The position numbers and the translations under genes were made by a program. 41,794 nt of DNA from NCBI GenBank assembly GCA_003646305.1, contig QNFJ01000001.1, forward strand, positions 1-41,794. The letters run 5' to 3'. How positions within the stretch are numbered: position 1 is the stretch's first letter; each line of letters begins with the position of its first letter. A model generated the notes under the pieces. It did no database searches. It was given only the letters and a program-made list of their open reading frames with translations, and had not been told where the DNA came from. Source of the DNA: Gammaproteobacteria bacterium (GTDB lineage: Bacteria > Pseudomonadota > Gammaproteobacteria > Methylococcales > UBA2780). This document shows, in pieces, positions 8,318-17,011 of this stretch.

Positions 8318-8383
8318 GGCTCAGATTGTATTGTTTCCTAACAGGCCCCATACCCTAATTAGCTGCAATAGAGATAATTAATA

Positions 8384-8806
8384 ATGAACGATACAGTGAC
8401 ATACAAAAGCCTGATTCTAGGTGATGATTTTCTTGATCCACCGCCCTCTTTTGAGGTGACCAATGAGGTGGTTGATAAATATATTCGTGCAACAAACGAT
8501 GCAACCCAGGAGCTTGGAGAGCCTAATAGTAGAGGCCAGCGAATTGCACCTCCTATGCTGGCTGCGGTTTATGTGATTGACGCGCTGCGTACCAAGGTCG
8601 GGCCGCCGGGTGGCGTTCATGCCAAGCAGCAATTTAAATTTCATCGCCCCGCATGCGTGGGTGAAACACTTTATACCTCGGCAAAGATTGTCAAACTCTA
8701 TCAGAAAAAAGAGCGGAATTACGTTGAGATGACGACTGAAACGCTTAACCAGGATGACGACTTAGTGACGACAGGGCTGATCACTCGGATATGGGGGAAA
8801 GAATAA
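8384..8806 (+). CDS. hotdog-fold protein, MaoC N-terminal-half type (no hydratase-2 catalytic motif)
   Basis: 140 aa. Its size and pattern fit a hotdog fold. It has no [ST]GDxNPxH motif. Its stop TAA (8804-8806) overlaps the next ATG (TAATG). Confidence 0.72.
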   Translation: MNDTVTYKSLILGDDFLDPPPSFEVTNEVVDKYIRATNDATQELGEPNSRGQRIAPPMLAAVYVIDALRTKVGPPGGVHAKQQFKFHRPACVGETLYTSAKIVKLYQKKERNYVEMTTETLNQDDDLVTTGLITRIWGKE

Positions 8807-9237
8807 TGACGATTAGCGAGGAATTACAAAGCTATAAAAACCTTTCTGTAGGAGATCGCCTGCCTGAAATTAAGGTACTGGTTGACCAGAATATGGTCGA
8901 TGCTTACGCGGATGCATCGGGTGATACCAATCCATTACACATTGATCCTGAATTTGCCAAAACAACCTTCTTCGGGCGAACGATTGCGCACGGACTTTTA
9001 ACTCTGGCATTTGTATCGCAAGTGCTATCTGAATGGAACTGGCAGGGATGGGCTTATGGTGGCGAATTAAGCGTTGCTTTTTTAGGTCCTGTATACCCTG
9101 GAGATGAGGTTTCAGTCAGTGGAGAAATAGATTTAATTGAGCAGCGCGAAGAGGGTGTTTTTGCGCGCTGTAATTTGGCTTGTTATTGCGGGGAGAGAGC
9201 CGTTGTTAAGGGAACAGCAACCTGCAAAGTTGGTTAA
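8806..9237 (+). CDS. MaoC-family (R)-specific enoyl-CoA hydratase subunit
   Basis: It carries the canonical hydratase-2 motif YADASGDTNPLHIDPEFA. I prefer the ATG at 8806 (MTISEE..., TAATG coupling, GGGGAAAG upstream) over the track start at 8791. Confidence 0.85.
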   Translation: MTISEELQSYKNLSVGDRLPEIKVLVDQNMVDAYADASGDTNPLHIDPEFAKTTFFGRTIAHGLLTLAFVSQVLSEWNWQGWAYGGELSVAFLGPVYPGDEVSVSGEIDLIEQREEGVFARCNLACYCGERAVVKGTATCKVG

Positions 9238-9248
9238 GGAGAAAATAG

Positions 9249-10652
9249 ATGAGTTACCGTAAAGATGGGGCTTTAGAGAAAAAAGGCGACAGCTATTACC
9301 ACCAGATTGAGTGTGCTTCAGAAGATGAAATCATCAAGATTCAGGAAGAGAAATTACAGGCGCAGATGGCCTATTTGTCTAAAAACTCAAAGCTCTATCA
9401 ACAGAAGTTTGAGAAGGCAGGTATTCGTTTTGATGAGATCAAAACACTAAAGGATTTAGCCAAAGTCCCTTTTACCGTTAAACAGGATCTTAGGGACAGT
9501 CTTCAAGCTGCTCCACCATTTGGTCTTCACCAAACAGCACCGCTTTCTGAGATTGTACAGATGCAGGCCTCGTCAGGAACCACCGGTAGTCCCGCTTATG
9601 TCGCTCTGACTGAAAACGATATTGAGATGTGGAATGAACTGAGTGCGCGAGGATTTTATGCCTGCGGTGTTAACCCAGGCGACTTTGTTTTACATGGCTT
9701 TTCCATGAGTAAAGGCTTTGTTGGCGGTATCCCTTGTATGCAGGCGATTCAATATATGGGGGCAATTGATGTTCCTGTGGGCGCTGATGGTGGGGTTGAT
9801 CGGCTGTTACGTGCCTGTGCGGATATTAAACCGCGAGTTATTATTGGCGCGCCTAATTTTCTACTGCATATTGCCTCGATGGCGCCCGATATTCTTGGTA
9901 AACGTGCCGATGAACTGGGCGTAGAAAGATTAGTTGTTGGTGGTGAACCAGGTGGTGGTATTCCTGCGATTCGCGAATCACTGGAAGAGAAATGGGGCGC
10001 GAAAGTCTGTGAAATGATGGGAGGGACTGATCTCGGCGTCATCTATTGGGCAGAATGTGATGAGCAAGATGGCATGCATATGATCTGTCAGGATCACATT
10101 ATTGTCGAATTGATTGACCCGGAAACAGAGCAGGTGATTCCTTTTGAGAAAGGCGTTACTGGCGAGCTGATTTATACCGCGATTGGCCGCGAGGCTTCAC
10201 CCGTTGTTCGTTTTAAAAGTGGCGATCACATTGTGGTGACCGATACGGCGTGTAGTTGTGGCCGGACAGGCCCTAAAATACGCTGCTTTGGGCGAACAGA
10301 TGATATGTTGATTGTCCGCGGCATCAATGTCTTTCCATCGGCAATCCAGGATCTTATTTTACAGCTACAACCTGACACCAACGGCGTGATGCGTGTCTGG
10401 GCCGATTTTGAAGGCCATACCACGCAAGCAAATCTGAAAGTATTGGTTGAGCGCGGCATTGATCGGTCGAAAGAGCAGGATCAGGAGCTTATCAGCCATG
10501 TGGAGCAAACCATTCGCAACGCCTTATCGTTCAAGGCGAAAGTGATTGTTGTCGATGCAAATAGTTTTGAAAAACCGGGTGTTGCAAAAGTAGCGCTAAC
10601 GCTTCGTGAGCAACCCGGCTTTCTCACTCTTGATGATGAGGGTGCTCAGTAA
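9249..10652 (+). CDS. PaaK-like adenylate-forming enzyme (phenylacetate-CoA ligase / coenzyme F390 synthetase family)
   Basis: 467 aa with the P-loop-like QASSGTTGSPAYV. The overall pattern is PaaK-family rather than FadD-type. Confidence 0.8.
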   Translation: MSYRKDGALEKKGDSYYHQIECASEDEIIKIQEEKLQAQMAYLSKNSKLYQQKFEKAGIRFDEIKTLKDLAKVPFTVKQDLRDSLQAAPPFGLHQTAPLSEIVQMQASSGTTGSPAYVALTENDIEMWNELSARGFYACGVNPGDFVLHGFSMSKGFVGGIPCMQAIQYMGAIDVPVGADGGVDRLLRACADIKPRVIIGAPNFLLHIASMAPDILGKRADELGVERLVVGGEPGGGIPAIRESLEEKWGAKVCEMMGGTDLGVIYWAECDEQDGMHMICQDHIIVELIDPETEQVIPFEKGVTGELIYTAIGREASPVVRFKSGDHIVVTDTACSCGRTGPKIRCFGRTDDMLIVRGINVFPSAIQDLILQLQPDTNGVMRVWADFEGHTTQANLKVLVERGIDRSKEQDQELISHVEQTIRNALSFKAKVIVVDANSFEKPGVAKVALTLREQPGFLTLDDEGAQ

Positions 10653-12262
10653 TGTCAATTATAAAGTCGACTGTACATAATCAGTCTGAAGAGTTTATCG
10701 CTAATCGAAATCGTTATCTTGAACGGATCGAAGAACTACAGGAACACCGGCAGCGCGCCCATTTAGGTGGGCCAGAGAAAGCACGGAAACGTCATATAGA
10801 ACACCGCGAACAGATATTGCCGCGTGATCGTATTCGGTTGCTGATTGACCCGGGTTCTCCTTTTTTTGAACTGGGTGAACTTGCGGGTGATGGTCTGCCC
10901 GAAGGGACTCAGGTCGGTGCAAGTGTTATTACCGGCGTCGGCCTCATTAACAGCCGTCAATGTATGATTATTGCCAATGATGCCACCGTAAAAGGCGGTA
11001 CTTATTTTCCAATGACCTGTAAAAAACATGTTCGGGCGCAGACGTTTGCGATACAGCATCGGCTACCCTGCATCACTTTAGTTCAAAGTGGTGGTGCATT
11101 TTTGCCAGAGCAGGAAGGTATTTTTCCTGATGAGGGTATGTTCGGAAGCATCTTTGTTAACCAGATCGAAATGTCCGCTCAGGGTATTCCACAGATTTCC
11201 GTGGTAATGGGCTCATCAACAGCAGGTGGTGCCTATATACCTGCGTTGTGTGATGAGATTGTCATCATTAAAGGGAAAGGTTTTATGTATCTGGGTGGCC
11301 CCCAACTGGTTGAAGCGGCGACAGGTGAGAAGGTCGAACATGAAGCGCTAGGCGGTGCAGAAATGCATTGTCGGGATAGTGGTGTTACCGATCATCTAGC
11401 AGAAGATGACGCACATGGTTTGAGTATGGTACGCGATATTGTGCGAAATCTGGGTAACCTACCCGAACAACGCTGGGATGTGGCTAAATCGGTTCCACCA
11501 CTATATCCGGTGGAAGAGATTTACGGCATTGTTAATCAGGATACGAAAATTCCGACCGCTAACCGACAAATCTTGGCTCGCTTAATTGATGGTAGTGACT
11601 TTGATGAATTCAAGGCCAATTATGGCGATACGCTGATGTGTGGCTTTGCCAAAATACATGGTTTTGAAATCGGTATTTTAGCTAATGATGGCGTGATGTT
11701 TAGTGAGTCTGCTAAAAAAGGGGCGCACTTTATTAATCTTTGCTGCCAGCGCGATATTCCACTGTTATTTGTGGCCGATGTTCCCGGTTTTATGGTGGGT
11801 GAACATGCCGAGCGGGGTGGTATCGCAAAAGATGGAGCAAAGTTCATCACCGCCATGTGTTCTGCAAAAGTACCTAAATATACCTTAATCACGGGAGGCT
11901 CTTACGGTGCCGGTTATTTAGCCATGTGTGGTCGCCCGTTTAAACCGAATGCCATGTTAGCCTGGCCATCGGGTCGTGCTGGCATTATGGGGCCGGAGCA
12001 GGTTGCCAATACGCTTGCAACGGTACGCGAAGATATCCTCAAACGAGAAGGAAAAAGTTGGACGGAAGAAGAGCGGGAAGAATTTAAAGCGCCACATCGG
12101 AAACGATTTGAGGATTCTGAAGGTGCTTATAACTTTGCCTCCAAGTTGTGGTATGACGCGGTGATTGATCCAACAGAAACACGCGAAGTGCTGGCACTTT
12201 TACTTGATCTGGCAGGACGTTCGCCCAAAGTGGAAACTAAATTTGGTGTATTCAGACAATGA
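10652..12262 (+). CDS. acyl-CoA carboxylase carboxyltransferase (beta) subunit, methylcrotonyl-/geranyl-CoA carboxylase type
   Basis: 536 aa. The layout is typical of MccB/AtuC (RIEELQEHRQRAHLGGPEKARKRH..., ANDATVKGGTYFPMT, GSSTAGGAYIPA, GSYGAGYLAMCG). Its start overlaps the previous stop (TAATG). Confidence 0.9.
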   Translation: MSIIKSTVHNQSEEFIANRNRYLERIEELQEHRQRAHLGGPEKARKRHIEHREQILPRDRIRLLIDPGSPFFELGELAGDGLPEGTQVGASVITGVGLINSRQCMIIANDATVKGGTYFPMTCKKHVRAQTFAIQHRLPCITLVQSGGAFLPEQEGIFPDEGMFGSIFVNQIEMSAQGIPQISVVMGSSTAGGAYIPALCDEIVIIKGKGFMYLGGPQLVEAATGEKVEHEALGGAEMHCRDSGVTDHLAEDDAHGLSMVRDIVRNLGNLPEQRWDVAKSVPPLYPVEEIYGIVNQDTKIPTANRQILARLIDGSDFDEFKANYGDTLMCGFAKIHGFEIGILANDGVMFSESAKKGAHFINLCCQRDIPLLFVADVPGFMVGEHAERGGIAKDGAKFITAMCSAKVPKYTLITGGSYGAGYLAMCGRPFKPNAMLAWPSGRAGIMGPEQVANTLATVREDILKREGKSWTEEEREEFKAPHRKRFEDSEGAYNFASKLWYDAVIDPTETREVLALLLDLAGRSPKVETKFGVFRQ

Positions 12263-14247
12263 TTAAACGAATTCTTATCGCAAACCGCGGCGAAATCGCC
12301 TGTCGAATTACACGAACCTGCCGTAAATTGGGGATTGATGCCGTTGGTGTCTATTCAACGGCAGATAGCCAGGGCCGCCATGTTAGAGAGATTGGTCATT
12401 CTGTTGCTATCGGTGGTGCCAGTGCAGCAGATAGTTACCTCAATATAGATAAAGTCATTGCAGCAGCTAAAGCGACTAACTGTGATGCCATTCATCCAGG
12501 TTATGGTTTTTTATCAGAAAACCCCGACTTTGCCGAGGCGGTTGAAGGTGCTGGGCTTATTTTTATTGGTCCCAGAGCGGATAGCTTACGCCGTTTTGGT
12601 GATAAGTCTGCCGCTAAAAAAGAGGCTATTAATGCCGATGTGCCGGTTATCCCGGGCAGTGATGGAAAGCTTTCCGATCCAGTGGAGATTGCCAAGATTG
12701 TTAAAAGCATGGAGCTTCCAGTGATGCTGAAAGCCGCCGCGGGTGGTGGTGGGAAGGGGATGCGGATTATCAGTGATCTGCCAAGTCTGGAATCCGATAT
12801 CAGCAGTGCCATGAGCGAAGCATTGCGTTCTTTTTCCGATGAGGCGCTACTGATTGAAAAATGTATCTACAATGCGCGTCATGTAGAGGTGCAGATTGCA
12901 GGTGATGGTGAAGGCAATGTCGTTCACCTTTTTGAACGAGAATGCTCTTTACAGCGTCGCCACCAAAAAGTTGTTGAAGAGGCGCCTGCTATTTTCCTCC
13001 GGCTAGAGCAGCGTGAAAAATTGTTGGAAGCTGCTTGCCGACTTGGTAAGCAGATTAATTTTAGAGGACTGGGCACTGTTGAGTTTCTTGTGCTGGGTGA
13101 CGATTACTATTTTCTGGAAGTAAACCCGCGGCTTCAGGTGGAGCACCCCGTTACTGAGAGCATAACTGGTCTGGATCTGGTCGAACTACAGATTCGCATT
13201 GCACAGGGAAGCGGTTTTGGCTTTCGCCAAGAAGAGGTCAGTGCTTCAGGTCACGCCATTGAGGTGCGCCTTTATGCCGAATCACCAGAGCAGAACTTTA
13301 TGCCAGCGACGGGAACAATTGAGCTTGTGAAATTCCCAGACGAGCACCTGCGCGTTGAATCCGGGGTCGATAGCGGTGACGAGATAAGTGCCTATTACGA
13401 CCCAATGGTTGCCAAACTGATTGCTACTGGAGAGAATCGAAATCAGGCGCTGGAACGTCTTCAAAAAGGAGTTGATGAAACCATTCTTTTTGGGGTTGAT
13501 AATAACCGTAATTTTCTTCAGCAACTGCTTCGCCATAACGAGGTTGTCGAGGACAAGATTGACACCGGCACGCTGGATCGCTGGTTAGCCGATTATGCCG
13601 ATGGAAAGGGTTCTCTTGAAGCAGAAAAACAGGCAGCTATTGCGGCTATTCTATGGCTAAACCAGCACCGAAAGAGTGGCTCATTAAATCCATGGGAAGG
13701 CGCCGATATCTTTAGTTATTGGGCATTAAGATCACCGAATGACAAACCTATTTATACCTTTAGCCTGATCGAAAATGAAGATGAGTGGAAGATCGCTTTT
13801 CTGAATATCGATGAGCAAGGGCTTGTTGCGCTGATGGTAAATGACCAGCGGATTGAATTGCGGCTGAAAGCTCAGGGCGATGACAGCTGGATGGCTGAAT
13901 TTCCGGAGGCACATATCCCTGTGACGGCTATTGCCACAACTGAACAGCTCTATATCCACGCACTTTCACAACAAAGTAGCTACCGAGTGGAGCAGGTTGT
14001 CCGCGATAAACAAGGGGAAGCGGCCGGTGCGAATAGTGTCATGGCACCGATGATGGGTGAGATTATCAAGGTGATTATTAAGGAAGGGGATAGCGTAGAA
14101 GAGGGTGATCTTCTGATTGTAATGGAGTCAATGAAAATGCAATTACAAATTGAAGCCGTTAAAGCGGGTACGGTAACTAACGTTCTTTGCAAGGCAGGCG
14201 ACAATGTTGCACGCGGTGAAGTTGTGGTAGAAGTCGATGCAGAATAA
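12259..14247 (+). CDS. acyl-CoA carboxylase biotin carboxylase + BCCP (alpha) subunit
   Basis: 662 aa. It has an ATP-grasp biotin carboxylase domain (ILIANRGEIACRI, KAAAGGGGKGMR, EVNPRLQVEHPVTE). The C-terminal biotinyl domain has the motif VMESMKMQ, with the Lys codon at 14134-14136. The start overlaps the beta subunit stop (ATGA). Confidence 0.92.
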   Translation: MIKRILIANRGEIACRITRTCRKLGIDAVGVYSTADSQGRHVREIGHSVAIGGASAADSYLNIDKVIAAAKATNCDAIHPGYGFLSENPDFAEAVEGAGLIFIGPRADSLRRFGDKSAAKKEAINADVPVIPGSDGKLSDPVEIAKIVKSMELPVMLKAAAGGGGKGMRIISDLPSLESDISSAMSEALRSFSDEALLIEKCIYNARHVEVQIAGDGEGNVVHLFERECSLQRRHQKVVEEAPAIFLRLEQREKLLEAACRLGKQINFRGLGTVEFLVLGDDYYFLEVNPRLQVEHPVTESITGLDLVELQIRIAQGSGFGFRQEEVSASGHAIEVRLYAESPEQNFMPATGTIELVKFPDEHLRVESGVDSGDEISAYYDPMVAKLIATGENRNQALERLQKGVDETILFGVDNNRNFLQQLLRHNEVVEDKIDTGTLDRWLADYADGKGSLEAEKQAAIAAILWLNQHRKSGSLNPWEGADIFSYWALRSPNDKPIYTFSLIENEDEWKIAFLNIDEQGLVALMVNDQRIELRLKAQGDDSWMAEFPEAHIPVTAIATTEQLYIHALSQQSSYRVEQVVRDKQGEAAGANSVMAPMMGEIIKVIIKEGDSVEEGDLLIVMESMKMQLQIEAVKAGTVTNVLCKAGDNVARGEVVVEVDAE

Positions 14248-15418
14248 ACGCTCAATTCGAGGCAAAGTTGCGATTGTTGGTGTTGGGCAATCACCTTCAG
14301 GACGGGTGCCCGGCAGAAGCCCGTTAGACTTGACTGCCGATGCAACGCTTAAAGCACTGGCCGACGCCGGTATGGATAAAAGTGAAATTGACGGGGTCTT
14401 GACGGGTAATGCCTTCGCCTCATCCTTCCACCGTTTTAGTGTTGCATTGAGTGAATACCTGAACATTCAACCTTCATTCTCTAATACCTTGCAGGTCTCG
14501 GGAGCCACTGCGGGAGCCGCCGTTAATATTGCCGCAGCAGCGATTAACGGTGGGCTTGCAGATACGGTGCTGGTCGCCTGTGGTGATAGCCTGTTAACTG
14601 GGATGACACCAGATATGGCGATTAGAGCGATGACCGAAAGCCGTGATCAACAATATGAAATGCCTTTTGGAATTCCTGTGGCCAATACGTTTGCGATGAC
14701 GGCTCAGCGGCATATGAAAGAGTACGGCACCACCTCTGAACAGTTAGCACAAGTGGCCGTTACCTTTCGTGAGCATGCTCGACGTACACCGGGTGCGCAA
14801 AAGACGGACTCGATTACGGTTGAGGATGTGTTAAATTCCAAAATGGTGACGACGCCGTATCACAAACTGGACTGTTCTCTTATTTCTGATGGTGCTGTTG
14901 CGCTAATTTTGACCTCGGCGGAAAAGGCGCATGAATATACTCAGGAGCCAATTTATATTCTGGGTGGTGGCGAGTATTACAGCCATGAGCATATTTTTTT
15001 GATGCCAGAATTGACCCAGACGGGTGCGGTTCAGGCAGCTAAAAAGGCCTATGAGATGGCGGGTGTGACGGCAAAAGATATTGATGTTGCGGGAATTTAT
15101 GATTGTTTTACCGGAACGGTTTTGATGATGCTCGAAGATCTCGGGTTTTGTAAAAAAGGCGAGTCAGGCCCATTCGTTGAGGCGGGAGAAATCACCTACG
15201 GAGGGGCTATTCCGACTAATACTCACGGTGGAATGCTCTCTTATGCGCATCCGGGTATTCCGGCGGCATGGTTTCATTTTGCGGAGGTGGTTAGACAGCT
15301 TCGCAATAGCTGCGGTGAAAGACAGGTTGCCAGTGCAGAGCTTGGACTAGTCCATACCTTAGGTGCTGGTTTTTCAACCCAGGCAACGACGATATTAGGA
15401 ACGGGGAGCACACTGTGA
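14237..15418 (+). CDS. thiolase-fold (SCP-x/Ltp-type) protein apparently lacking the nucleophilic Cys; candidate aldolase subunit
   Basis: 393 aa with an SCP-x-type thiolase pattern (VAIVGVGQS..., NTHGGMLSYAHPG). Gly occupies the nucleophile position (GATAGAAVNIAAAAINGG versus CATGSTALFMARQLIQGG). Confidence 0.85.
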   Translation: MQNKRSIRGKVAIVGVGQSPSGRVPGRSPLDLTADATLKALADAGMDKSEIDGVLTGNAFASSFHRFSVALSEYLNIQPSFSNTLQVSGATAGAAVNIAAAAINGGLADTVLVACGDSLLTGMTPDMAIRAMTESRDQQYEMPFGIPVANTFAMTAQRHMKEYGTTSEQLAQVAVTFREHARRTPGAQKTDSITVEDVLNSKMVTTPYHKLDCSLISDGAVALILTSAEKAHEYTQEPIYILGGGEYYSHEHIFLMPELTQTGAVQAAKKAYEMAGVTAKDIDVAGIYDCFTGTVLMMLEDLGFCKKGESGPFVEAGEITYGGAIPTNTHGGMLSYAHPGIPAAWFHFAEVVRQLRNSCGERQVASAELGLVHTLGAGFSTQATTILGTGSTL

Positions 15419-15855
15419 GTGAGCAAAAGGTTGGAGTAGAAGAGGCGCTAAAAAAACCATTGCCCACGCCTGATGGTGATAGCCAGCCAATGTGGGATGG
15501 TTTTAAAGAAGGTAAATTATTGTTGCAGCATTGCGGTGATTGCGGACATGTTCAATATTACCAACAAGGTATTTGTCGCAACTGCCAATCGCCTAACCTG
15601 CAGCATCAGAAAGCAAGTGGGCGTGGAGTGATTCATTCATATAGTGTCGTTCATCGTGCGCCCGGCCCTGCGTTTAGAGATGATGTTCCTTATGCAGTGT
15701 TATTAGTCGAACTGGAAGAGGGGCCCAGAATGATTAGCCGTTTGGTTGGGCAGGATTTTGACTCACTGGATTTTGATCTGCCGGTCAGGCTGGAAACCAT
15801 TAAGGTGAGTGATGAACTTTTTCTCCCTTATTTCGCATTGAACGAGTGCAATTAA
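15415..15855 (+). CDS. DUF35 OB-fold / zinc-ribbon protein (thiolase-fold partner)
   Basis: 146 aa with a GTG start overlapping the previous stop (GTGA). It has a C-x2-C-x10-C-x2-C ribbon (CGDCGHVQYYQQGICRNC) followed by an OB-fold-like segment. Confidence 0.85.
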   Translation: MSEQKVGVEEALKKPLPTPDGDSQPMWDGFKEGKLLLQHCGDCGHVQYYQQGICRNCQSPNLQHQKASGRGVIHSYSVVHRAPGPAFRDDVPYAVLLVELEEGPRMISRLVGQDFDSLDFDLPVRLETIKVSDELFLPYFALNECN

Positions 15856-15961
15856 ACCGATCCAGAAAAGGTAAGCAGAGAGCGATTTTCGCTGTTTGTA
15901 CTAGTTTCCTGGTAAGTAGGTCAGCTATTATAAGATTACGCAATTGGCGGTTTAAAATAGT

Positions 15962-17011
15962 ATGAATCTTATGTGGAAAATAGTGATCAGCTTTACCCTT
16001 GTGCTTTTGGCCGGCTGTCAATCTGAGGAGGCTCAACAAGATAGCGCACCTCCCTGGGTGAAAACCTTTGTTATTCAGCCACGAAGTGGCGCAGAACGCG
16101 TTTTATCGGGCACGGTACGGGCGCGTCATGAAATGCCGATTGCATTTCGAATTAATGGCCGAATTGAACAGCGTGCAGTTGATGCGGGGCAGCGGGTTAA
16201 AAGCGGCACCTTATTATTCGCACTGGATCCCAGTGATTTAGAGAAAGAGCTGGATGCACGCAAAGCTGAAGTTTCAGCAGCAAAAACGGCAATATCTGTC
16301 GCTGAGGCAGATGTTGTACGAGGTCACGATCTGCTAAAGAAAGAGTTTATCAGTCAGCAATCTCTTGATCGTTTCAATCTAGTTAAGCGTGAAGCGCAAG
16401 AACGGATGAATGCGGCATTGGCTCGGCTTGAGCAGGCTAAAAATGCACTGACTTACGCAAGGTTAACTGCAGAATCTGATGGGTTGCTAACAGAAGTTAC
16501 AGGTGAACAGGGAGAGGTGGTTGCAGCGGGCCAGAGTATCGCTATTTTGGCAAAAGAGGGTGAACTGGAAGTTGAACTTTTTTTTCCGGAAGAGATGAAA
16601 CCGCCAGCCAGCGGCCTGGTTATGCCAAGGAATGGGAAACCGATACCTTTAAAGTTAAGAGAGGTCGCGGGAGCTGCTGATGCGGTGAGTCATACTTGGC
16701 GAGCCCGTTATAGCGTTCGTGCCAGTGGCGATAAGCTGGCACTTGGAAATATTGTCCGCGCTATCTTCAAGCGGGTGGAAAAATCACCTGATAGCCTTGA
16801 AGTGCCTCTGGCAGCGCTGGATGAGCGAGGAGGAACGCCTCGTATCTGGGTCATTAGAGATGAACACGCGCAGCCCCTATCGATTGAATTGATTTCGCTT
16901 GGAACAGAGACGGCCCTGATCAAGACCAAATTGTCAGCGGGTAGCCGCGTCATTGCGCTTGGAACGCACCTGTTGAAGCCCGGAATGGCTGTTCAGCCTT
17001 TACCCCAATGA
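15962..17011 (+). CDS. RND efflux periplasmic adaptor (membrane fusion protein), lipoprotein
   Basis: 349 aa with the lipobox LLAGC near the N-terminus. It has a coiled-coil hairpin region (EKELDARKAEVSAAKTAISVAEAD...) and the HlyD/MFP pattern. Confidence 0.85.
   Translation: MNLMWKIVISFTLVLLAGCQSEEAQQDSAPPWVKTFVIQPRSGAERVLSGTVRARHEMPIAFRINGRIEQRAVDAGQRVKSGTLLFALDPSDLEKELDARKAEVSAAKTAISVAEADVVRGHDLLKKEFISQQSLDRFNLVKREAQERMNAALARLEQAKNALTYARLTAESDGLLTEVTGEQGEVVAAGQSIAILAKEGELEVELFFPEEMKPPASGLVMPRNGKPIPLKLREVAGAADAVSHTWRARYSVRASGDKLALGNIVRAIFKRVEKSPDSLEVPLAALDERGGTPRIWVIRDEHAQPLSIELISLGTETALIKTKLSAGSRVIALGTHLLKPGMAVQPLPQ

Noticed and set aside
8791-8805. Track start (ATG 8791) for the catalytic MaoC subunit
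   Set aside because: It would overlap the upstream gene by 16 nt. The ATG at 8806 forms a TAATG stop-start junction with a purine-rich RBS. Both remain possible, but 8806 is more parsimonious.
15881-15893. Hairpin AGCGA-TTT-TCGCT after the DUF35 gene as an operon terminator
   Set aside because: It has only a 5-bp stem and a weak T-tract, which is too weak to call. Transcription may well continue into the RND genes.
15911-15926. Possible -24/-12 element CTGGTAAGTAGGTCAGC upstream of the RND adaptor gene
   Set aside because: The GG-to-GC distance is one nucleotide too long relative to the canonical register.
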